Source: Azolla caroliniana
Taxonomy: Eukaryota > Plantae > Polypodiophyta
NCBI GenBank assembly: GCA_043228905.1
Contig: JBHGNT010000004.1
Coordinates: 25,730,001 to 25,794,000, forward strand
DNA length: 64,000 nucleotides
Direction of reading: 5' to 3'
The notes under the pieces are model-generated. The model saw only the letters and a list, made by a program, of their open reading frames with translations. It searched no databases and had not been told where the DNA came from. Shown here in pieces: positions 39,363 through 49,555 of this stretch. The translations under genes were made by a program, and so were the position numbers. Numbering within the stretch: position 1 is the first letter of the stretch; each line of letters opens with the position of its first letter.

Positions 39363-39719
39363 TAACAATTGACAACGGTTCGGTTTGGTTCGAGAGGGTC
39401 CAAACCAAACCGTTTAAACTTTTTTTTAACCTGAACCGAACCACAAAACCATTAAACCGGTAAAACCACGGTTTCGTGGTTCGGTTCGGTTTTAAGCTTA
39501 GGTCAAATTTTAAATTTTAAAATATTTCATTTTAAAATTTTTTAAAATTTTAATTATTTTCCTAAAATGTGAGAATAAGGCATGAAAATGAAAAGATTGT
39601 TTAAAACCAAGTTTTTAAATTTAAAAATAAAAATAAAAAACCGTTGAACCATTTAAACCGCGGTTTCTAACTGTTGAAACCAAATCGAACCGTTTAAACC
39701 GTGGTGTTGTCAATTGTTA
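39363..39719. mobile_element. hAT-superfamily MITE, 357 bp
   Basis: Perfect 14-bp TIR TAACAATTGACAAC/GTTGTCAATTGTTA. Perfect 8-bp TSD TCTACATG at 39355-39362 and 39720-39727. Subterminal AACCG motifs. Confidence 0.93.
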
Positions 39720-40428
39720 TCTACATGTATGTAATATGTATGTTCAAAATACTACACACAATGACGACTTGGTTTATGTGCACTATCATTGACATTTAAT
39801 GTTATTTAGATGAGTTCTAATTATGTATATGAAGATTTAGTTTTGTTTAATGCCAATTATTAGATAAGAGTTCTATTGTGTAAATTTGGATCAATATTAA
39901 CGATGTGCAAATGGACATGGAAGCTTCACTATCATTTGTTACTACACTAAATGTTGAAAATTTCATATCAAGAGTTTTATTATGTAATTTAGATGAGTTT
40001 TGTTTACATATTACACAATGATTGAATTAGAATCTTCCATATGTTTCACAATAACATTTCAAATGCCTTAGTTGGATTGGTTATTTGATATGAAGTAAGT
40101 TTGCTATTACATTTCATATCTCGAGTTACTGAGAATTTGGATTGGTTATCATCGTATGAAGATTAGCCTCAAATCTTTTGATGGGTTTGTACAAGCAAGA
40201 TTCATGGATAAACAATAGAGATGAAAATTCATACCTTTAAAAGTTGGCCATACAAATAACAAGTGAAAGGGCTTGTCTTTGTCTAAAAAAGCTAACCTCT
40301 TGAATTAAGAAACTCGCCTAAAACTTGCCCGCCAAAGGAATTTCAAAAAGAGATTCGCCTAACACTTCAAAAAGGGGTGAGGAAGAGGGTAGGTTGGCAT
40401 TGTGATACACAAATACAAATTCTAGCTT

Positions 40429-40730
40429 AAGACAAAATTATGATGGTTACTAATATATGTGTAATAGAGCGATCAACAATTGTATAAACATCCAACACAA
40501 TTGGAATATGCGTAATGCTTTCATGTTTGATAATAGACATGGGGTGAAAGCCTATATAAAGAAGCTGAAAGGTATTCTCAAGACAAAATTATGATGGTTA
40601 CTACTATATGTGTAATAGAGCGATCAACAATTGTACAAACATCCAACACAATTGGAATATGCGTAATGCTTTCATGTTTGATAATAGACATGGGGTGAAA
40701 GCCTATATAAAGAAGCTGAAAGGTATTCTC
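40429..40730. repeat. 151-bp tandem duplication (2 substitutions seen) containing L1 ORF2 C-terminal sequence
   Basis: Units start at 40429 and 40580. They encode WNMRNAFMF, a W..RN...F motif typical of the L1 ORF2 end. Confidence 0.85.
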
Positions 40731-40779
40731 ATGTGGAATTTTTGGATGTTAGAGCATGTGGGGATCATTTCCTCAAATG

Positions 40780-43600
40780 CATATTCGGGTTTTTTAATAG
40801 CATTACAGAACTTCCCTCTCCCTACACAGGCATATGATAGGTAGAGGAGACTAATAAGTGTTGTAACTAAGTGGATTTTACATACAATTAATATAATTGT
40901 GTGCTTTCATCGTATGTATGATATGATTAATGCTAAAAGACGTAAGAAATTGATTGATAAGTTTTCATATATTCTTACATGGTGCAATGTACTATTGATG
41001 AATAATCCACGTGATGAGGAGCTTTTGGATATTCAAGTTCAAGTACAGGACATTGTGAAGAATTTGTCGTGTCAAAGTTATCAACATACAAGACTACGTC
41101 AATTAAAGGAGGGATTTATAGATAATCAATCACAATCTCATATGTTTTTTCAAGGATTAAGACCATCATATGCTCGTTCAAATGTGGTACAAATTAAGAT
41201 AGGGGATGACATTGTTGTAGACCCAGTCAAGGTTATTGAGTTATGTATTACTCATTTTAAGAATTTGATTGGGCCAGAGTTGATTATTAATGAGGATGTC
41301 TTGAAAGCATGACAAGAGTTTTATAATGTAATTGGGAGTGTCGTGAATACAAATATTTGTCAAGAATTAGATGCTGATTTTGAAGAAGTTGAGGTGGAAA
41401 AGGTATTGTTACATCTTCCAAATGGTAAAAGCCATGGCTGGGATGGTGTTACAAATGAAGTTTTTAAGAAGTATGCTAGCATGCTTAAGAGTCCATTCAC
41501 GCAAATGTTTTAACAATGTTGGGATTCTGGTTTCATGCTTGAGAGTTGGAAGGTGGGCTTAATCAAATTGATACCAAAGGTACCATCTCCTGAGTCATTT
41601 CATCAATGGAGGCCTATTTCATTGATGGGAGGGTTGTACAAAGTGTTTGCAAAGATATTGTCCAACTGACTTAAGAAGTTCTTACCTCCACTTATTCATC
41701 CATCTCAATATGGTTTTATTACGGGTAGAAATATATTGCATAATGTTTTGAATGTTCAAATGGCGACCGATTATGCTTGACATACACATCAAGAAATGAT
41801 TGTGGTGCAATTAGATTTGGAAAAAGCATATGATCATGTTAATTGGTCTTTCCTCTCAGGTGTGATGTATAATATGGGGTTTGGTCCTCGTATGTGTCGA
41901 CTTATCTTTTTGCTAGGGCAAAATGCAACCTCCCTTGTGATGTTTAATGGTGGAGTCACTCCGAAAGTATTTCTTACTAGATCCGTGCGGCAAGGATGCC
42001 CACAAAGCCCATTGTTATTTGCTATTGTTACACATCCTTTGTTAGTAATGTTGTCAAATCTTGTGGCCAATGGTAATATTGTGGGTTTGCATCTTCCTTC
42101 TGGAGGACAATTGGTGTCACAAGCATTGACAGATGATTCTTTTATGTTTTTACAAGCCTCAAAAGAAAATCTTAAAAGGAGTATGCAAGTTTGGGATCAA
42201 TTTGCTTTGGCTTCAAGGTTGTATATAAATTGGAGGAAGTCTCACCTTATTTCTTGTACGGAGAGTGATTTGGAATGTTTGGGATGGCGAGGGTTAGTGA
42301 TTACACGAGGTTCAATTTATCGACATTTGGGTTATCCATTGGGCATTGATGTTACAAATGTTCAATTGATTGATTGGATTGGTAGTAAATTGAGGGATAA
42401 ATTTATGTATTGGAAGTCTCAATTATGGCCCTTTCATGTACGACTCAAAGTGGTGCAATGTATCTTGATACCCATGTTATTATATTTTTTGCCTTTACTT
42501 CCTTGGACTAAGAAGGCATTACAAAGCATGTTACAACCTATTCGGTTCATGTTGTGGCGGAATGGAGAAATTATGGGAGTTACATGGATTTCGTGGGACC
42601 ATTTGGCTACTCCTAAAAGGTTAGGTGGTGCAACAATATTGGATTTGGAATGGCATTTGATGGCTCGTAGATTTACATTATTACAAGATATATGTCAACA
42701 AGCTCAACCATGGATATCTATGATGCAATATTTTATTGAGCATGAAGGATTGGTGCATGGGAAAACAAAGATTCAAGCATCATGGTGGTCACTACTAAAT
42801 GGAAGTATTCCTCTAAAGATTCGACATTCTATATGTGGACAACATTTGGTAAGATCGTGGCAAGATGCATTATCTCTTTTTGAATGGGGACCATCAAGTG
42901 ATCGATAATATTGTAATTCATTACAAAATGAATTGCTTGTTTCTTCTCGATTGTTGTTTTGGCATGGGAAAGAGAAGTTGAGATCTCAATTCAATCGTTT
43001 ATTTTGATTGGGGATTGTACATTTGGAAGATGTGGTTGATAAAGAATCTCAAAGGTTGTTGGATTTTGAAGATGCCAAGAGATGGTTATATATTCCCCCA
43101 AATTATGGATTTATTTGGGAGAAATTACATGATATACCATTGTTGCGATGATCTTTGCCATTGAAAACCAAATTTGCACCTTGGGTAGATTGGTGGTTAC
43201 AAGATGGTACACACTTGTTACAAGTCACTACAAATATATTGTATCATCATGCGATGACATCATGATCTTGGCTATCTCTCAAAGCAACGAAGTTGTGGAA
43301 TGTATATAAGTCAGATGCAAGGTGGTGAAAATATTACAACGTGGTTGACATTCCCATCTACCATTTCATGCAAAGGTATTCATATGGAGAGTCATGATTG
43401 GTGGGCTCCCATTAGGTTCGGCCTTGAAGAGACGAGGACTAGGGTTTGGTACTTGTTTCTTTTGCACCATTCCATTGGAGGATAGTACACATAGGTTCAT
43501 TAAATGTCCTATAGCGTGTACCATTTGGAAGTACTTATCAAACATTTGGCAAGTTTTAACTCGTTGTTGTTTGAGACCTCAACAATGGGTTTTTTCTCAA
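40780..43600 (+). mobile_element. Degenerate L1-type LINE ORF2 (second family), interrupted at 3' end
   Basis: WRPISLMGGLYK, QLDLEKAYDHVNW, SVRQGCPQSPLLF, LTDD, YRHLGYPLG, RLGGATILD and zinc finger CFFC..EDSTHRFIKCP. Multiple stops. A possible 3' remnant resumes at ~46385-46560. Confidence 0.9.
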
Positions 43601-43789
43601 TATGATGTGTTCAATGTCTAGCCTAGTTCGACTAGTCAGTCAAATTGACTTGTCTGAGTCGATCGGTTCGACTTACCTTCTGCTCCTTGTTCGGCCTTGT
43701 TCGGCTCGGTCGCTTGTCGCAATCCCATCTTTGTCCTTAACGTTCCGAAGTATTGATCTGGGAGTGGCTTCGTCAGGCAATCAGGCTTT

Positions 43790-46384
43790 TACCAAAAAAA
43801 CACCCATCGAAGATCCCAAGACCTGGCACACATATATAGAGAGAGTTTACCAAATCCCAAAACAACCACCCATTCCAATGCCTTCTACACCCCGACCTAC
43901 CACGGGGACACTTTTCACAACCTCTAGGGTTCCGAAGGTCATAAAGAAATTATAACATAGGAAGTCCATGAACCACACAGGATTGCGAGCAAAACACATT
44001 ATATATGCGAGAGAGTGCCTAGCTCCCTTGCTAACTCTAATATTCAATCGTGCCCTTGCGGAGGGTTTTCCACCAAAATGGACTATGAACACAATGGTCC
44101 CCATACATAAAGGGGGGAACCCCATGGACCCAAATACATATAGGACCATTGTGATAGGTCATACCCTTGCTAAATTATATGGTGTAGTAATGGAAGTAGA
44201 ACTTAGCGATTATATGGAGACTCTAAATCTTCGTGCACGTGAACAGGCTGGCTTTAGATGAGCCTTCTCCATTATTGATCATATCTTCACGCTTAGATGC
44301 TTAATTGACCAAACTAAGGCTCACAAGAAGAAATTATATTGTTGTTTTGTGGACTTACGCAAAGCCTTTGACACGGTCCCTACAGAGCGATTGTTTGATA
44401 GGCTTAAAAGCTTGAGGATACGATATGACATGGTCTGGGCCATCTACGCATTATATGAACAAGTGTCTCGGTGTGTCTGATGCCCAGGTGACTTATCCAA
44501 TTGTTTCACTAGCACTATTGGTGTACATTGATGAGATCACGAATTTTATTGCTCGTAAGGGAGGCAAGGGAGTAGTCCTTGGGGATATGCAAGTTCGTAT
44601 CTTGCTCTATGCAGATGACATAGTTTTGGTCTCTGAATCCGAACACGACCTACAAAGGCACCTTAATGCCTTAGATGACATTTGCGCACAACAATGATTG
44701 GTTGTGAATCTAGGGAAAACTAAAGTCCTTATCTTCCACACATCAGCCCAAGTTAGAGCTAAGTGTCACCTAACTATCTCCCATAACCCAGTTGAGGTGG
44801 TTGGATCATATGTCTATGTGGGAGTCACTTTTAGTGCCCGCTCAGGTAAATTTTCGATGACACAAGCAACAAAGGATAGACTTACGAGAGGACATGCATC
44901 CCTCTCACTCCTAGAGAGACAATGCCACCAAGTATACTTTCAAGAGCCACGAACTAAAGGGTGGCTCTTTGACTCAGTAGTGACCCCCTCCCTCATGTAT
45001 GCATCAATGGTTTGGGCTCTAAGATTACCATCTTTCATGTGGGCGCAATTAGAGAGACCATTGGTGATGATGTTATCAAGCCAACTTCGAAGCAAATCGA
45101 CAATACCACATGAAATTATTAGGGTTGAGTTCACTTTACCCCCAATGTTAGTAGAAGCACTTTTCCAACTTGTAGTCTTTATTCACAGGATACATAACCA
45201 ACCACATGATAGAATATCTTATCAAGCCTTTAAGGCCTCTCGATCACTGTATGAGTCTGGCTATACTAGCTCATGGTATGGCATGATGGTGAGTTGGCTT
45301 CTTGCGAATGGTCTAGACATTAATAACCTACCTCCCCTTAGTTACAACCACACGATTGATAACACTTTAATCTTTCATGAGGACCGCAATAAAGTAATAC
45401 GCGAAGAAATATGGCAAATTTACACTTGGTATAAATGGATCACCCCACTAGAGCCACTCCCATCTAAAATGTTGTATTATAAGGAACACTTCATGCACTT
45501 CTCTATGTTAGGTTTTATCACGCGACCAAAATATCTAGAGTGTATTCTTACCACATGAACTAAGGGTTGCCATTGGACAACTTAGAATATCATCTCACCA
45601 ACTTGAGATTGAGAGTGGTCGTACTAATGGAAACCCTAGGGAGGAAAGGATATGTAGGTTATGCCACATAAAGATAGAGGATGAGTATCACTTTAAATGC
45701 AAGTGTCCAACCTACGCCGAGATAAGGGCAAAATACCAAGACATACTTGGTTCCTCTCCCACCCTCCCCAAACTATTAGATACTTTAGATATAAAGAAAT
45801 TAGGCAAATACATTCTAGAACTAAAACAACACAGAGAGAATAAGTTACAAAATGTTGACAATAATCTTGCTAACGTTCACCAACATGTAACAAAAGAAGT
45901 TTTTCAGGAACAAGGGGAGACAACGAATGTCGACACACCTACACCACTCGACATTTCCCTTGATGAGGCAGAAAACCAAAGAAGAACCAAACATCCTTAG
46001 GTGTCGGGTTTCAAAGCAACTTGACGTGGTGCATAAGGAATAATGAAAATAAGGGGACGTGAGCTACACCGCCTAGAAACCATGGCTAGGACACTCTCTA
46101 CATTAGGACCATGGGTCACACCCACACCAAAACCCTTTGACCTCCCACTTCTTTTCGAGAGACTTGGGTGGAAATAAAATTAGGCTTAGTGTAAAGTCAC
46201 TTCCTTTATCGAGTATACCATGTTTTGTACACTACTAGAACTCTTTTAGCTTAAGTTTTATTTTTACTTTATTTTATTTTAGTTATGATGATTGGATAAA
46301 TACTCATTTTGTTGTAAACCAATTGTCTCATGGGCCAATTTTGGCCTTAGAAGACGTTAATATATCTTTCTCTCCCCCCCCCCC
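43790..46384 (+). mobile_element. RTEX-like (non-L1) LINE, 5'-truncated pseudogene nested in the L1
   Basis: RT motifs VPIHKGG..YRTI, EQAGFR, DHIFTL, CCFVDLRKAFDTVP, LLYADDIVL and VNLGKTKVLIF. C-terminal IGQLRISSHQLEIESGR..EERICRLC..IEDEYHF..CPTYAEIR. Ends in a stem-loop plus CT/C-rich tail rather than poly(A). The clade call is inferred from motifs. Confidence 0.85.
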
Positions 46385-47107
46385 TTGTATCGACACGTTA
46401 TTTCGTTGTCAAAATTTGCAATGTTAATGTAGAGGAAGACTGTCCTTCTCGAATACGATACCTCATTCAATTTGAGAGGATTGTATAATTGTTGGATGAC
46501 ATGCCTGTAATCTATTATATGTAACATTTTGTAGCTTGATGCTACATCTCTAATCTTATAATGTTCTTGAGTAACTATCTTGGTCCTCTAAGGATAAGTA
46601 TTGTGTTAACCTTCAAGCCCAAAAGTTTTGGCTTTTTAAAAGTTCCAATTTCCATCTCCAAATTTCTCATCAATCCATGATGTTGACCTTTTTTAAGCTT
46701 AGAAATATTTTGAGATTCAGCTCGATCTCCTTGATTTTCTCAAAGAGAAAATGAAAGCAACTAAAAGTGGTTGCATAAAACGGTAGGTACAAGAATCAAT
46801 AAAATAATGTTGTTATAGTTTCCAAGAAATGCAAATGAGTTATTTGGAATACAGGGCCTTCTATATGTGTATGCATGTAAATATCCATACAAATCGATAG
46901 TATATTCGATGCATAAATGCTAATAAAAGTCACATGGAAGAGCCATGAGAAGCGCATGCATGGCAATATTAATTAACAATGGTGGTACACATTCCTAGGA
47001 AAAGGTAAAACTCATCGAACATGATTATATCACATTCGTCACATTGGACACTGCATTCACATAAGTGCAAACGAGGAGAGGGAGAGGGAGACAAAGACAA
47101 CCCAAAT

Positions 47108-47360
47108 GGATGTAGCTCAATTGGTAAGGTTGGTCCCCATAGGTTGGAGAATGGGGACCAGGAGTTCATGGGTTCAACCCCTACATTGCACAATGGTGGT
47201 CAACTCTTACATAAACAAGCTCATCTAGTAACATGGATTGCTCACAACTGTTGGGCTTAGAGGAGAGATTGTGGTTGTCATGCATTTGATCCCAAGAGTA
47301 TGTATAGAGTCCTAGTCAAATATTGAAGTCAATGAAGGCTCAACATGTTCACATAAAAAA
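47108..47360 (+). mobile_element. tRNA-derived SINE
   Basis: A-box-like TAGCTCAATTGG and B-box-like GGTTCAACCC. The cloverleaf is not intact. A-rich end, with related GA-rich flanks on both sides (AAACGAG..GAGGGAGAG). Homologous to the inverted copy at 48655-48985. Confidence 0.7.
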
Positions 47361-47477
47361 CGAGAGGGAGAGAGACCGAAGTGTCATGCATTTAGTGGCA
47401 TCTAACAAACTAGTGAAAATTGAACCCCAATGCAAATGATATGTGCATCATAGTCTACTTCCAAGGTATAGGCAATT

Positions 47478-47812
47478 AGGAGGGATTTGACCACTATGTC
47501 AACGGTTTGATCCCTATTGGTATGTAAAACCACAGTTTACCACTAAGGGATTAAGAGGAATTTGACCATCATGTGAATTGTTTGTGAGCTAAAAGACACC
47601 AAGGAAGAGGAATTTGACACTTATGCCAAGTATTTGATCCCTATTGGTATGTACAAACATACTTTACCACTAAGGGATTTAGAGCAAATTTACCACCATG
47701 TTATTTGTTCGATCCCTACAAATCACGAAGACATGGAGTAAAGCAAAGCAATGTAGTTAGTGAGGCTTGAAACCCTAATGCATCGATGAATAAAAACATA
47801 CTTTACCACCAA
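47478..47812. repeat. Degenerate complex tandem repeat
   Basis: Recurrent blocks GGAATTTGAC, TTTGATCCCTATTGGTATGTA and TTTACCACTAAGGGATT, 2-3 copies each. Confidence 0.7.
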
Positions 47813-48654
47813 GGTAAAAGCCATGAAGCATGAAATGTACATCATAAACATTCAGAACAATTTTTGGCAATTGTTGGTTGCATGGAATTCCCAACCTAAC
47901 TATACAACCAAAATCAAAACAAGACTCCATAAATTCCACCTACTCATAATATGCGTGTTGTTAGCAATATGATCAAACAGTGATGTCCCATTTATATGAA
48001 ACATCATGATAATGGTATTTCAGCGTTCTAAAAGGCCAAAAGCATGGCATGTTGGGGCGAGACATAGTTCAAAGGCTAAAATTTAGTTAGTAAGGTTGTT
48101 TGATGGATATCACCATAAGAGAAGGGCACATATTCTAGTAACGTATCAAGGCCAATGAAATTTAGAACCAAGTGTATGAGTTACTAATATCAAGGCTTAC
48201 AATTGGATGCAGTCATTAGGTTGATAATGAGAAAGAGATAGAGAGAGAGGTAAAGAGAAAGATATCAAATAATGGTTGCATTGTAGAGTATTTGGAAGCA
48301 TCATTGTCGCAAGTACTTGGTCGTAATCAGAGACGATTGGCAGAAGAGGCTTTAGAAAAACAATTCCTCGATAATTACTCACATGTGATTCTTTCAAAGG
48401 CATGCCCTGCCTTGCATACAAGTTGAGGGAAATTATCACCTTCTCCTCAATTTCTCTCGTAGTCGATTGACCCCCACCCACTCCTAGTACATGTCTATGA
48501 GCTCTTGATGATTACGTTGACACGACTTTTTTAGAGGCAAAATGTTGTCGTGGCTCAAGCACAACGTGTCTATAACAATGCCCATAATGAATGACACATG
48601 GGTCTCTACGCTTTCTCTCATTTTACTAGAGTTGTCTCTCGTATTCTCTCTCAA

Positions 48655-48985
48655 GGTATTGGGTTAAAAACCCAAATTTCTCACCTTGATGCCAATGTGG
48701 AATGTATTATGTAAGTGTTGAACATATGAACTTCTGGACGGTCTAGTTGTCAACTCACCCATACCCATTTACTCTCTCTAGCTTGCCGTAGTGGTAAGTT
48801 GTTAGACTACTTAAGCCCTACGTAGTCTTTGATTCAAGACCTAATTTTTCCCCCTCTCTATTACTCCATAGAATACATATCCTCTTAATTTGGTAGTTGC
48901 CACTGTGAAATGTGGGGGTTGAACCCATGACCTTCTGGTCTCCAATTGGATAGGACAACCTTACTTGCTGACCTACATTCATATG
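48655..48985 (-). mobile_element. tRNA-derived SINE, diverged inverted copy
   Basis: Reverse complement ATGTAGGTCAG..GTAAGGTTGTCC..GACCAGAAGGTCATGGGTTCAACCCCCACATTTCACA aligns by eye with 47108-47195. CT-rich flanks end CTCTCTCAA on both sides. Confidence 0.65.
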
Positions 48986-49033
48986 AGCTTCTCTTAATGT
49001 CTTTCTCTATCTCTCTCAATTCATGAATCATAA

Positions 49034-49104
49034 GAAGCCTAGTCTAGGTCCATAAGGTCAAGGGTTCGAATCCTTGCTAGACCAATTTTGGTCTTAGAAG
49101 ACGT

Positions 49105-49137
<33 letters not shown>
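49034..49137 (+). mobile_element. Mini-SINE: tRNA-like head, RTEX-LINE 3' tail and (CT)n
   Basis: A-box-like AGCCTAGTCTAGG (~49036). Consensus B box GGTTCGAATCC at 49063-49073. Positions 49082-49108 match 46335-46361 at 26/27 nt. (CT)n at 49109-49137. Confidence 0.7.
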
Positions 49138-49139
<2 letters not shown>

Positions 49140-49168
49140 CCCTTCTTCTTCTTCGTCTGTCTATATGT

Positions 49169-49177
49169 ATATAAATC
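49169..49177 (+). promoter_or_regulatory. TATA box of calreticulin
   Basis: ATATAAATC within GTATATAAATCC, ~100 bp upstream of the ATG and downstream of a CT-rich tract. Confidence 0.6.
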
Positions 49178-49272
49178 CCTGAGCGTGAACTCGTCCCCTC
49201 TGTAGACGGAAAGAGGTAGCAGCAGAAGGCGACGTAGTAGCCATAGCCATTGCCATAGCCATAGCCATAGCC

Positions 49273-49516
49273 ATGGCGTCTGCACTCTCCTCCTCCTCCT
49301 TCTTCTTCTCCCTCCTCTTCTTCTCCCTTTCCTCCGCATTTGCATCACCGAATTACTACTTCCAGGAGAAATTCGATGGTAGACGTTCTTCTTTCTCTCC
49401 TTCTCCTTCTTCTTCTCCTTCTCTCTCTCGTTTCGTTCCTTTCCTTCCCGTTTTTTGCTTGGTTCTCAAGAGATCTGGATCCATCGCTCATTCTTCTCTT
49501 TGTTCTTGTTCTCAAC

Positions 49517-49555
<39 letters not shown>

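Noticed and set aside
47108-47195. Functional tRNA gene
   Set aside because: The acceptor and anticodon stems do not pair properly, the spacing is too long, and a diverged copy exists nearby. It is a SINE head.
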